This document shows, one piece after another, positions 40,834 to 54,401 of a stretch of DNA of 64,000 nt (its first letter is position 1; every line of letters starts with the position of its first letter). This DNA is from Octopus vulgaris. Lineage: Eukaryota. A program made the position numbers and the translations under genes. The stretch covers positions 135,718,001-135,782,000 of the forward strand of contig OX597816.1 of the NCBI GenBank assembly GCA_951406725.2, given 5' to 3'. The notes under the pieces were generated by a model. The model saw only the letters and a program-made list of their open reading frames with translations, made no database searches and was not told where the DNA came from.

Positions 40834-43800
40834 TTTTATCACACTCTTGGACAATCAAAACTGTTGACAATAGGCACCTATGTTACTGACATTTATTTAA
40901 TCAACCTTTGAAGGATAAAATGTTAAGTTAACCATAATGGGACCTAGAAGGACAGCTAAATACTGTCAAAAGTACAATTAACAACTGCTGTAATGTCAAT
41001 ACTAATAATATCATTAGCAATATCATCAACATTTAAAGAGTAAGTAAATGATCTTTTATGTAATTTCATCACTTTTTTTTTATTATTCTCCTGAACACCA
41101 GAATCATTATCAGCAAAGCCATTATCAAAGGTAGATTTAATTAAATTCAATACAATTCATTTTCATTGGGTTTTCAGAATCACACATGGTTGAAATATTA
41201 TTTGAAAAATAAAAAAAAATAAAAAATTTAATTTCATATCAAATTTCCAGATTGCTTACTTATGAAACAAGTTAATATAACTGCAAAAGTAGAAACTCTT
41301 TCATTACTCTACTTCTGCTGAAATATACTCCCTTTGTTTCAATTAATTTTTAAAATAATTAAGAATTTAGTAAAATAATTTTGTCATTATTATACTGGTA
41401 CTTAGAACTTAAATAGCATGAAATTTTGATGGAAGATTTTAATTTAGATCACTTTAAAACAAGATGTTTGTGTCCTAGAACCAGGGGCAGTCTCAAAAGG
41501 GTTAACAAAAATGTCAAAAAATATTTAATCAAATCTTTGTTTATAAAACCCAAGGCTCTATTAAACCAAACTAATATTTTCTCTTAAGAATTTCCATTGA
41601 TTATTTGTGAAATCATAGTATAATTTCGAAATGTGTTTCCTACATAACACTAAGTTGTTGTGCTTTATGCTTATGGTATTAAAGGTATAGACTAGTTAGT
41701 TATGGTAAGTTTTAGAAAATGACCTTTGTGAGGGCCTACTTCCATGTTTACAAAAATATGTGACCTTGAAAGAACAGCTGATCTATCTCAAGAGACTAAC
41801 TTGTAATTAAAGATCAGTTTATATGTGGGTGGAGCAAAATCTCAAATAGACACTATGTTACATAATGATGAAATATTAACAGAACTAAATTAATAGAACC
41901 GTGTTTTGGAAAGTATAAAATTTACTTCAAGCAATTGTAATGATAGCTTCAGGAAAAAAGTGAACAGAATTATAAAGATTTTTGAGAATTAGTTAAGAGG
42001 CATGAAACATTAACTGCAAGGTTATTTGAATAGCCTTGCAAGTAGTTAATGCTTTATTGAAATTTATTAGTTGTAGTAATGTTGGAGATATTTGTAAGTA
42101 CTTTGGAATAACTTAAGAATATATTCAGAATTATGGCAATCTTAACTAGTGTATTTGTATTATTATCAATTACTTTATGGATTAGATTTATGAAGGAAAG
42201 AGGAGTAACTGTTGACAGATTAAGTAATGAGGATTGGACAATCAAAACTAGGGGAAAGCATTGTTAAGATACATCATATGATATGTGATGTTTGTACTGG
42301 ATTAGTAAAAGTTGTTGGCAGAATACTTAAAATGTACAAATGTTTTCTAGTAATTGTTCCAGCTCTTTGCATTTTGAGTTCAAATTCTGTTGTGGTTAGT
42401 TTTGTCTTTCATCCTCCATATGTCGATAAAATACCAGTCAAGTATCAGGGTTGGTTATTCTGTCCTTGTTTCTCTTTTTCTCACAATTAGCTACACTGTA
42501 CTATGAGAGGATCTTAGGAAGCTACTCATAATGTTCTTTTCTCCAGAAATGGAAGTGTATTGAATCCAGGGGTTAATAACTTCTCATCTTGTAGGCTGCA
42601 AAATTGCACAAAGAAACCATGATGCATGGTGAGTGTTGATGAACCAAAGTGCTGTACAGCATGGAACAGTTAAAAACAAATTGATATGAGGTTGCAAAAT
42701 AATGAGTTTGGCATGTGATGTTTGTAAAATTTGACATTTATGAATAATTGTCATGGAGGTGACACACTCCTAATAAATGCAACAATGAGTTCAAAATTCT
42801 GTCAGATGTTCTTTGAGACTCAATTTAATCCTATTAAATAAAACAGTAGCTTTCAGCATATTTTTTTCTGAAAGAATTTCTATTTCCAGATCATTTGATT
42901 CTATTTGTGAACTTAAAGCATGGAAAAAAAATAAGATAAAAAGAAAAATGCTAAGCCTAAGTATATTGTTTAAATAATAAAAAGGGGTAAGGGGGGGAGA
43001 CAAAAAATCTTGTTAAATACATAAAACAAAAATGTAAATCAGCTTTTACACAAACATAAGTAAGCCACTTTAATGACTTTATCAGTTGAAGAACTTCTTA
43101 AAGATAACTTAATAACACTAAAGTGATAGCAGCTGTACAACTTTCAATAACGATCTTAACAAAACCACTTAGTATCTATCAAGTCCATATAACTTCAAAC
43201 AACTTACAGAAAGATGAACTACAGCAGTAGATATTATCTATTGTAAAGAAGAGTAGTAAGTAATATTGTATATAGTTGAGAAATTAGAATGTTTGATGTA
43301 TTCATATTGTCAGGTTTGATTATATTAAGAATGTGTTAAGAGAAAGTAAGAAAATAAAAACAGGATGCCTTTGCTTATACTGAACATTCATCGGAGAACT
43401 GGGATTGACTGAGATAAGAGAATTTACTATGAGATCTGTTGCATTCCCAGTAGTTAACTTTCTTCTCATGACTATCCCAGGATCCTGAACAATTGTTTAA
43501 ACCAGTGCATGTTTACTTAAGCATGCTAATATGCATTCCTATTCATGTGGATTAAGAATGATTGCAAATATGTTCACGGATTGCCTATCATTGGGGAGCT
43601 TATTCTAGAAATTACAAAATACATTACTTATATGTTATGATATTTTTATATTACTTGGATTGAGATGAAGCAGTTCATGATATAATCTGTGACTGTATTT
43701 TTATGGGAGCTAGTACACTTTGATTAATCAACAGTATCTTTGAATCCAGTTATTAATGAATGTTATTAGTTTTTTACAAGACTGCTTTGATCAGGTCTTC

Positions 43801-43960
43801 ATTTTTCTTGAATGATGGTCACTAGACATTACTACCAAATTTACTATAAGTAACCATTACTGTGAAGAATAGGTACATGGTTTCTTAGTTTAAATTGTCA
43901 TTAGCTCCATTTGCCAAAATATTTATATGCTAAAATAATCTTTTTTTTTTTTATTTATGT

Positions 43961-44252
43961 ACCCTTTTCAAGCCTAGCCAGGCTCATGGGCTCAGTTTCT
44001 CGGTTTCTGTGGCGTATGTGTTCCCCCAACTGGACGGGACGGCAGTTCATCACAGTGAAGAAACATGAAGAAAGAGTGAGAGAAAGTTGAAGCGAAAGAG
44101 TACAACAGGGGTCGCCACCATCCTCTGCTGGAGCCTCATGGAGCTTTAGGTGTTTTTACTCAATAAACACACACAATGCCCGGTCTGAGAATCGAAACCG
44201 CGATCCTCCGACTGCAAGTCTGCTGCCCTAACCACTGGGCCATTGCACCTCC
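43961..44252 (-). mobile_element. SINE family D head with alternative tail
   Basis: tRNA-like head in reverse at 44170-44252. Confidence 0.8.
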
Positions 44253-44518
44253 ATAAAATAATCTTAGGCTAGGTTTATAAGTTCAATTTTAAAACTTTTA
44301 ATCTATGGCTTCTCTATTTCAAATCCTATGGTTTCCCATGTAAGATATAATGTTTGGGTGGCCTGCTCAAAAGATGAGTAATTTTGCTTTTGCTTACATA
44401 GAGCATAAATTGCTGTTCAGTAGCTAAATCAAATTTTCAATATTTTGCAATAAATAACTTGTTAATGATTTTCAAAAAAAATCATTTTTTATATGCATAA
44501 AAACATTTGTGAAGTAAA

Positions 44519-44870
44519 CATCATCATCATCATCAGCGTTTAATGTCCGTTTTCATGCTGGCATGGGTTGGACGGTTTGACTGGGGTCTGGGAAGCCAGG
44601 AGGCTGCACCAGGCCCCAATCTGATCTGGCAGTGTTTCTACAGCTGGCTGCCCTTTCTAATGCCATCCACTCCAAGAGTGTAGTGGGTGCTTTCTATGTG
44701 CCACCAGCACAGGGGTCAGAGGAGCTGGCGTCGACCATGCTCAGATGGTGCTTTTTATGTGCCACCAGCAGGGAAGCCAGTCAAAGTGGTACTGGCATTA
44801 GCCACATTCGGTTGATGCTTTTTATGTGCTACCAGCACAGGGCTCACAACTAAAATTTCCATTTAATTTG
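44519..44870 (-). mobile_element. RTE 3'UTR fragment with (CAT)n
   Basis: Same 3'UTR as 11500-11870 in reverse. Confidence 0.8.
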
Positions 44871-45237
44871 ATTTTGATATTGCCGTTTGCAATTAATATC
44901 TTGGAAAAGAAATGATTAATACATTTATTTATCTTTAACTATGAATTTGCTGATAACTCCGTTAATTAGGTATAAATATATATTTAGGGAAATTTGCTAT
45001 TTGAAGCACCTATTAAAATAGTTTTGAATATAAATTGGCTTATTTCAAAAGTAAAATCATTGCTAAAAATGAATACTGAAAGAAAATGTATCCCTAAAAC
45101 TAATCAATGAGGTATGTTGTGCTATCGAATACTTAAATTTTGCTTCATGCTAGATATTTGTAAGGTTGCAACCAAATAAATCATTGCGCTTTATTTCACC
45201 CATTCAGTTCATGTATATATATATATATATATATATA

Positions 45238-46120
45238 GGGTCATCCCATAAATAATGTGTAATTGCATGAACTAACAGTCGGAGGGGAATGGGATAAACT
45301 ACCTGCATCAATTTGCTATAAAAGCAGATAAGTTTACCTTGTCCTTATCTTAGTGCAAGTTTTGAAGAGTTCAGTTTGATTTTAATAGTTATTTTCTCAA
45401 AGCAATAATGGAAGTGACAAAGGAGTATATTTAGCATATTTTGCTTTATGGGTTCAATAAAGGCAACAACACAATGGAAAGTGGGAGGAATATTAATACG
45501 GTATATGGGGATCAGACAGTATGTGTAAGCCAGTATCAACAGTGGTTCCAGAAATTCCAAGCTGGAAACTACATCCTAGAAGACGAGCCTCATCCTGGAA
45601 GATTGGTAGAGCTTGACAAGGATGTCCTGCAAACCACGGTGGCACAAAATCCCATTGTAACTGTTGAGGAACTAGCAGAGAAGCTTGGATTTGGTTATTC
45701 AACCAATCCTTCAAGTCAGCGCTAGAAGGAAAATGACCATCTTTGGTTTAAAGACAAAAGTTGTTCTTCCATCACAATAATGCTCAGCCACATACAGCTA
45801 GGATGACATTCCAAATGGCTGGAGCAGTATGAATGGGAAACAATGCCCTACCCAACATATTCACCAGACATTGCCTTCTCTGATTATCATTTTATTCTGC
45901 AATCTTCAAAATCATTTGGATGGAAAAAATATGAATTTTGTAAAAAATGTCAGAACAGTACTGGAGGAGTATTTTTCATTACGGACAAGTGAATTTTGGT
46001 AGATAGATGGAAGAGCATTGTAGAAAGTGAAGGCGAGTATATTTTAGATTAAAAAACTTTGTTTATCTTAATATTGAAAAATAAAAGAAGTATAAAAAAA
46101 CCCACATTATTTAATGACCA
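45238..46120 (+). mobile_element. Mariner element, internally deleted
   Basis: Imperfect TIRs GGTCAT..ATAAATAATGTG / CACATTATTTAATGACC in TA context. Transposase from ATG 45408 (QQWFQKF...LEDEPHPGR HTH) jumps to the C-terminal YPTYSPDIAFSDYH. Confidence 0.85.
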
Positions 46121-46765
46121 TACATGAACTGAATAGCTGAATCATTAGGTTTTGGTGAAGTATTTATTATAAAGTAAAATATGAATTGAAAATTTAAAAG
46201 AATTGTAGATAGAAGAATTACTATTTTGTTAATCTACTAAATGAGTAATTGACTGATTGTACCCCATCATTGGTGTTCACTGTCATTACTCAAAATATTT
46301 AGTATTTAATAGCCTTTATGCATCTAGCTGTATTGGCATTCAATAGTTTCAATTAAACAGGTACCATATGAAGCTTCAGTTTATCACTAGAGACAGTGAA
46401 AGCACTGTGTAACAGGCCGTGAGTTAACATAGTCTCAGAAATGGTAGACAAACTCAGTCATTAGAAAAGAAAAGAAAAAAATGAGCAGGTTATTATAGAC
46501 AGAAATATAGAAGATAATTGGCTGTGCCAGAGTGACAGGGTACTTTGAGTGATAGAGCAGATTTCTGGATGGAGCAATTTCACAGCCAGGTAAAGGTTCA
46601 TGTGGTGGTGAAATAGTATGGTTAATAGAGCTATAAAAGCTAAAGGATATGCCTGGTAAGAGTAGAGTTGTAGGGCAGGGAATAGTATCAGACAGCTAGA
46701 AGTAAAGCTAGATATTGGGTATAATTAACCAAGGAGAAGCTGAAAAATAGGAGGGAGACTACTAC

Positions 46766-47135
46766 GGCCATTCCATCAGTTACAATGACAAGGGTTCCAG
46801 TTGATTCAATCAACAGAATCGCCTGCTCGTGAAATTAATGTGCAAGTAGCTGAGCACTCCACAGACACATGTACCCTTAATGTCATTGTCAGAGAGATTC
46901 AGCGTGACACAGAGTGTGACAATGCTGGCCTTTTGAAATACAGGTACAACAGAAACAGGAAGAAAGGGTGAGAGAAAGTTGTGGTGAAAGAGTACAGGAA
47001 GGTTCGCTACCATCCCCTGCTGGAGCCTTGTGGGGCTTTAAGTGTTTTCGCTCATTAAATACCTGGTCTTGGAATTGAAATAGCAATCCTATGATCGCGA
47101 GCCCGCTGCCCTAACCACTGAGCCATTTTGCCTCC
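46766..47135 (-). mobile_element. SINE family D
   Basis: Reverse of the 13807 copy, same tail. Confidence 0.85.
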
Positions 47136-47262
47136 TGAGATTACTAAATGGTAAAAATAGCTATTATGGATATGAAGGCAATGAAAGGCAGCTGGAGTAT
47201 CAGGATAGTACTGAGATACTGAAAATATCTGGCAAAGTAGGATATGTGCTAGTTGCTCATAT

Positions 47263-47493
47263 ATTTCTTTATTGCTCACAGGGGGCTAAACACAGAGGGG
47301 ACAAACAAAGACAGACAAATAGATTAAGTCGATTACATCGACCCCAGAGCATAACTGGTAGTTATTTAATCGACCCTGAGAGGATGAAAGGCAAAGTCGA
47401 CTTCAGCAGAATTTGAGCTCAGAACGTAACAGCAGACAAAATACTGCTTAGCATTTCACCTGGCATGCTAACGATTCTGCCAGCTCGCTGCCC
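47263..47493 (-). mobile_element. SINE family B with alternative tail
   Basis: GGATGAAAGGCAAAGTCGAC...CTGCCAGCTCGC; CpGs retained. Confidence 0.85.
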
Positions 47494-47962
47494 TAACCCT
47501 TAGCCTAGTTGCTTATATAGTCAGTAAAGTTGTGTTGAGGGGAGTTGCATAGTAGCATGATTGTGAACTGCTTCAAGAACAAAGAAGACAATTTAGAAAG
47601 AATTAGAAGAGCATTAATCTTATTGACTAAGTGGTAGTGGAGTATTAAAACAAAGGTAGCTAGGGTTTGAAGGAAGCTAGCTTAGATGAGTTGCAATTTG
47701 GATTTGTACCTGGATGTCTTCATAGATAACTATGAGAGTAAACCATTACACATAGTATTTGTTGACTTTTAATAGAGTACCAGTTGGGTGGTTGATAAGA
47801 AAACTGGTAGTTGTGAATATCTCACGAGAGTCATGTAAATTCTGTACTGGCATAGTGTTTGCAAAGTGAGAGGTTAGTGACAAACTTAGTGAAGAATGCA
47901 GTGTGCAAATAAGTATCCACCAAGGCTTAATTTTTAGTTCCTTCTTATTTAGTATAGTTCTC

Positions 47963-48026
47963 CAGACTAGCTGATTGTGGGGATTCAATACTCTTCCATT
48001 ACAGACTAGCTGATTGTGGGAATTCA
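47963..48026. repeat. 39-bp-period short tandem duplication
   Basis: CAGACTAGCTGATTGTGGG at 47963 and 48002. Confidence 0.8.
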
Positions 48027-49053
48027 TGTATAAAGCAATCCAGTTCTTCTTGCAAATCACTAAAAGAATAAAAGGAAAAGCTCCAAACATGGAAGCAAGA
48101 TTTAAATAACAGGCCTAAAGATTAATTTAGTAAAGATAAAAGGAAACAGAATACAAGTATAAAATAAGAAAGCCATCATATTTGATATCCCAAAAGAGAA
48201 CAAGTTAGCAATCTATACTGTGTATCCAGTGCAAACATTGGTGGCAGAGATTGTGCAGTGAGAACTTTGGTAGGCTTATAGAGAGGTATTTCAAATGTAA
48301 TAAATAGCTGCATGTGAGTTGCTAGTAAAAAGAGAAATCCAAGAAATGGAGTTTCTCAATTGTTCAAAAAGCTTAATAGCTTATGATCAGCAGTGATGGT
48401 TGGTGTTGTGAAAACATAGTAACCAGTCAGGAATTACTTCTGTTAACAGCAAAGGGCTTTTCTAATGTGAAGGAACAGGCTGTATGATACTTGTGTATAA
48501 AGTCTAGTATTTCATGGTTCGGTGATATGGTCTCTGAAGATGAAAGGCATATGAAGACTAGAAAGAAATAAGTTAAGTATACTCTGCTGGATATATAATA
48601 GTAGCATACACGAATAATGGAGCGCAGTGAGTAAAGTGTGTGTGTGGGTGGGGCAGAAATGAGTATAAAAAGCATCAGCTACAGTGTGCAAGAGAGAATA
48701 CTGTATTTGCACAGACTTATGATGTTTATAAAGGATAACAGCTGGCTGAAGGATTGTCAAGTGATATAAGTGGAAAAAGCTTGCAGAAGTCGAAGATGTC
48801 AGAAGGACTGTAGCTAATGGCATGACACTATTGAAACTAATCCGGCTATGCTGATAACTAGGTTATAAGTTCAAAGCTTAGAGTTGCTGTTGCTTTGTCC
48901 CTGAGTATAGTACTGCTTGTCTGACAACAGGATCCATTCTTTTCAGTTGAAGTACATCTAACAAATAGTTATTCCAGTAGTGAGCAACTATCTCAAATTA
49001 ATATTTTTCTTATATTTTCTCTTTCTCAAATATTTCAGTAGAGCCATTGCTGG

Positions 49054-49115
49054 TTCACTTGATAAGATACCAGCCAACCAGCTGTTAAATGGTTATCTGG
49101 TATCCTATCAGTGGG
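49054..49115 (+). ncRNA. Candidate intronic pre-miRNA-like hairpin
   Basis: TTCACTTGATAAGATACCAGCCAACCA-gctgttaaa-TGGTTATCTGGTATCCTATCAGTGGG; imperfect stem, 9-nt loop; structure only. Confidence 0.3.
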
Positions 49116-51825
49116 GTTATATCCTGTCACAATTGTTGCACAGTGTCAGTGGCTGATATACTTAAATCTTCACTATTCAGCTCACCTAGGTGTAACAGTA
49201 CTGAGCAGTTGAGTATTTTGTTTGAAGTTCAAGTCCTTCAATTGTGTGATTAGAAGTCTTGGATTCCATTGATCTCATTTTGACCTTCACATTTGAGCAT
49301 GCAAGAGATTAATTATTTTTTCACAGTATCCCAATATTTTGTGTTTAACTCAAGTGGAGAGCAGTGCTTATAGTCATTGAAAGCTTTCTTCATTAATAAA
49401 TTATATATATTAGCAACAGAAGAAGTATTAATACTGAGATAGTATTAATAAATATGGATGTTCTGTTAGAACAAATTTTATTGCAGTAGATACCATGAAA
49501 GAAACTCTCATATAGTCTTTTGATGCAAAATGCATACTTGTTTATATCACTAGCAGGGAGATAAATTCTCACTGACTCCAGCGCCGAGGCCACCAGGTCA
49601 TGTGATTTCGACCTTCCTTGGTTTCATCAATAAAGGACACTCAACCGCTAGAGGAAGCTGTGACTTATGTCTCAACCAGTAATATATAGAGAATCAGTAT
49701 CAGAACAGGCACTGATGTCACGATTAGCTTCCTTCATTGGTGAGGTCACTTGTAGGCATGGGGAAAGTTCTAAAAGATTATGAAAATTGTTTAATGTGGA
49801 GTTTGTGTATGTGTGGACTGAGGAAGTATAGATAAGAGGAGGAGAAGAGCCCAAACTGTTATAATAGTGTAATGGGGGAGGTGACAAAGGAAGGAACAGC
49901 AGAATAGTAGGTTAGTGGTTGCAATGTGTTGTTGAAATACTTTTACGTAAATGTTGTAATGGTTATTGAATTGCAACTAGATTTTACAATTACCACTTGT
50001 TATTGGTGCTATAGATACTCCTGTATACTACTCTCTCTGTCTCTACAATTCTGCCTTTAGATGCCAATGGGACCTTTAGTGAATTAAAGCTAAATTTAAG
50101 TTAACATTTATCTTGGGTTATTCAGATTTCAGTTTGATTTACTAAATGGTACAATCATCAGGATAGAATGTGATAGCACCCCATCTTCTAAGTTTTAACG
50201 CACCTTAAAGGTATTAACCATTTCTCTTTATGTGTTATGCAGCCAAAGGAGCTAGTGACTCTTCTCTGACAATCCTAGTAAATTCCTGTTTCAACAGAAA
50301 ATTTTGAAATTATTGCACTACCTGTTATGATACTTGAACTATTTTTAAAGATACTTTCATTCAGCCTGCCACAGAAGTTGTAGCACAACATCAGCTCACT
50401 AATAATAAATAATCGACCTTGAAGTCTGTTGAGTCTGTTCAGAAACTCAGACTGTAACATTAAAAGCATCATGGCTGATACATACTGAAAAATATATTTG
50501 TGATTCATTGAATGTAGAAATTTCTTCTGCTAGGAAAACAAAACTCTTAACCCTGCCTTCAATCATAAATCAGGCTTTGGAAATAGGCATGCAAAATTCT
50601 CAGGCCTATGAATCTGTTCTTCAAGTTGAAAATCATGCATTAGTTTCTGCTAGAAAAGTTAGAGTGGAATTTTGAATTCTGAAGCAAAGTTTTAAAAGAG
50701 TCCCTTCCTGTGCATCTGCATCTTATCAGGGTGAACAAATTATGCACAAATGTTCTACAATTGCACTCATTGTCCAACCTGTTATACTATTTACTTCTAG
50801 TGTAAGATGAATGACACTTCCCTTTTAAGTGTTCTTTTCCTCATGTTTTTAGATGACCTTTCTTTCAGGTTTTTAAATTTTCAAAAGAAACAGTGAGCAC
50901 TTCTATTCTTTCTGTGATACTTATCTGTATACTTAGTGGTAAGAGACTTTATCATTGACTTAAATATTCACTGAATTTCTCTAAATTGCCAAAGTTTATC
51001 ATAAATGAAAAGCTTTGCTATATATCAAGTTTTTTCCAGGTGTTTTTGTTCATATTTATAAGAATGGATGAAGCTGGGGTACATTTATAAATTGAAAATG
51101 TGGTTTAACAAAGGGAAAAGCTTGTTGCTTTGGGACAATGTTTGGATTCCACTTATGAAGCAATGTCAAAAAGCAACTATAATGAAGCAATACTATAACT
51201 GCAGTAATTTTCATGAGATTAATATTTGTTTTAGCTTCTCAAATATACCTTTTAAAAACAGTATTCATGTGGAGGGGAACAAGTAGTTGGTTAAGAGAGA
51301 AAAACCATTCATGAAGAATGTAATATGTGTGCTTCACTATTAGATGTGTTTGGTTTTTGAGATACAATTTTCAGCTGGTGTACATGTTGAAACTGTCATC
51401 AAATCGTTTTTTAAAATGTGGCATTTGAAAGACAATTAATATAGGAGAAGACAGTTTGTTGTGAAAAGAAAATGATGAAGAGGAGAGTAACGATGATTTC
51501 CAAAGAAATAGAAACTTCCAGGGATTAAGATCCATATGCTGATTTCGTTACACCAGATGAGCAATATTGATGACTATATTTTGGAGGATTTTAAAAATTT
51601 AATTTTTCATTTTATTTATTATCAATAAAATATATCTTTTTTTTTAAAAGCATAATTAACCTTGGAATTAAAATTTGTTAAATATTTCTGAGTTATGGTT
51701 TTAGAATTTCAGCACTTGTTAAGTTTAATTTCAATTAGCATCAAGTGTTTTTAAAGCTGTTCAAAAGAATGCCATAATGTTGGTGTTTACATTTAATACA
51801 CTGCTGTTATTTATCATTAAACTAA

Positions 51826-52040
51826 GTCAGCAAGCTGGCAGAATTGTTAGCATGCGGGATAAAAATCTTAGCGACATTTTATCCTTCTTTAAGTACTAGG
51901 TTCAAATACTACCGAGGTAGACTTTGCCTTTCATTCTTTTGGGGTCAATAAAAATAAGTACCAGCTGAGCACTGGTATTAATCTACTCGAAGAACTCCTT
52001 CCCTTAAAATTGCTAACCTTATGCCAAAATTAGAAATAAT
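51826..52040 (+). mobile_element. SINE family B
   Basis: CAAGCTGGCAGAATTGTTAGCATG...GACTTTGCCTTTCAT...AAGTACCAG. Confidence 0.8.
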
Positions 52041-53542
52041 TATTTATCATCAATTTGCTATAGCTCCAATTTATTATATATTATTTTTCTCTATAGGTCA
52101 AAATTATGCTACATCAACCATATATGAAACATGATTCTTGTTCATTAACTCAATGTCATAGTAAATAATATTTTCTGTGACACCCATCAGTCATTATTGT
52201 GCTGTCATGAATTCATTATTGTGCTATAGTTGAAAACAGCAAGTGCTTTTTGTAGATATATACTGCTTTTTATTATCTTATACCACTGTTAATCTAGTGT
52301 TAAATAAATTAAGTTCACTGAATTCAAGCTTTAAATGAAAATATGTGGTAACTTGCTGGAGTGAGAGTGTGCATAGTAGTTGTTATATCTGCTCCACATG
52401 TTTACCTCACTCAGTAAGTTGGGTCCTTGATATTTTTAGATTAAAAAGATGACTTATATGTCACATTTTACGATAATTCTTTTTCTTCCTAGTTTGAAAT
52501 AATTCTCTTGATTTTTTTTTTCTTTCATCTATTGTGCTACTAATTAAGTAACAAGAGTTATTTAGGAAGTCAACCTTCATTATTAGTTATTAACAGTATA
52601 AGATCTGCTCTTACTGGCATAAAATCAAAGTATGAAATCAGACAAACATTTTTACAGGGTAATGCTGGAAATGTGCAACCTGAACTTAGTTTTGTCTGAC
52701 CTTTGTGAACAGACTAATTTATAAAGTGCTGAAGTAAATATTATACAAAGTTGAAATAGATTTGAATAGATTGGAAGTAATTAACACTTGAATTTGACTT
52801 CTCAAAGATGCCAAAGCTGTATAGTCAACAAAATGTCAGCTTCCAGAATTGTGCGTGTATGTGTATGTGACTTGTAGTTTCTATAAATGCAGTAGTTGTG
52901 TATATAGGGAGGGAGATTAAAGTGCTTTAGATTTCCATTCTGCTACTGATATTGGTCAAGAAAATTTAATTAGTTATATCTTTTTTAAGGATTTTTCCAC
53001 TTTATTTCTGTTTTAGTTTTTTAAGTTACAAAACTAAAATGATTTCATGAGCTTAATAAAGCAGATAAGGAAGAATTTGAATTAAAATTAAAAAATAATA
53101 AAGGACAAATTATTTTTATTCATTTGAACCCAAATTCAAATTTCAATTTCTAAATTTAAAAAATCTATTTTTTAATACCCCTCCCTCTCCCCCTCTCTCT
53201 TTTTCTTTCCTGCACACATGCACATACACACACACACACAGAACTAAGCTCATCTCACAGTGCCAAACATTTTATTGTTAAAATTCCTTGGAATAATTCT
53301 TTTTTGTCAAGTTGAAATCCACCCCCTCTCTTTTTATAAATAAATTAATTTAGGAATTAATAAATAAGATAATTTGAGTTTCCATCCATAATTTGCATTG
53401 TTTTTCAAATCTCATTGGGACTTGTTGTAGTTGAAAATACCCTGACTAATTTAAAACATCCTGAATTATAGCATATGTTATTTAGTAATTGTTTATTATA
53501 CGATGAATTAATTGTTTGACCCCTCTCTGTTGTCAAGTTGCA

Positions 53543-54321
53543 CTACTTATTTTTCATTTTAAGCCTGGGACTTATTCTATTGTTCTCCTTTGCTGTGTCA
53601 CTAAGTTATGGGGACATAAACAAACCAACACCGGTTGTCAAGTGACTGTGGGGGACAAACACACACTAACATAGATCCATACATACACACACACACACAC
53701 ACACACACATATATGAGGACAGCTGCATAAAGAAGTGCCAAGTTCTAGTTGCTGAGGATACCTGTGGAAGGAGTAGACCCAGGAAGATGTGGGACAACAT
53801 TGTGAGAAAGGATCCTCGGATGCTGAGCCTCACTGGAAATGACAAGGGACCTGGAGATGTGGCAATTTGCTGTACTTGATAAGACAAACTAAGTAAAATC
53901 ATTGTTGTCTTCCACATATACAGGCTTGTCCTTCCAGGTGCCACATAGAAAGCACATGTGCTAGTGCTGCATAAATGCCCCCACACCAGTGGCATGTGAA
54001 AAGCACTCAGCACACTGTTAATTAATTAGTTGGCATTAGGAAGGGCATCCAGCTGTAGTAACCATGCCACAACAGACAATTGGAATCTAGACAGCTTCAT
54101 GCCAAACTATCCAGCCCATGCCAGCATGGAAGGTGGACATTAAACAATGATGGTGATATATATGATAGGCAGCTTACAGTTTCCATGTACCAAATCTACT
54201 CACAAAGCTTTGGTTGGTCCAAAGCAATAGTACAAGCTACTTGTCCAGAGTGTCTTTTAGTTAGACTAAACCTGGAACTATGTGACTGAGAAACAAACTT
54301 CTTACCACACAGCCACACCTG
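53543..54321 (-). mobile_element. SINE family A split by an RTE 3' end (53713-54156, + strand) inserted in its microsatellite
   Basis: The two A halves flank EDSCIKKC...GRSRPRKMWDNIV plus RTE 3'UTR and GAT tail. Confidence 0.8.
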
Positions 54322-54401
54322 TAAAAATTGTTTTTATTTTGTTTATCAGAATATTGATAGTAGTTTATTCATGGTATTTACACTTTCTAATTCTATTTCA
54401 G

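Larger units (their letters stand above)
21373..54401 (+). other. ~33 kb first intron of the LPCAT-like gene
   Basis: GT...AG between two phase-compatible exons; filled with TE relics; no other convincing exon seen. Confidence 0.75.

Noticed and set aside
46300-48850. Possible very old antisense LINE (also 39200-40050, 41600-43400)
   Set aside because: Only faint motif traces; family and bounds cannot be supported by eye.
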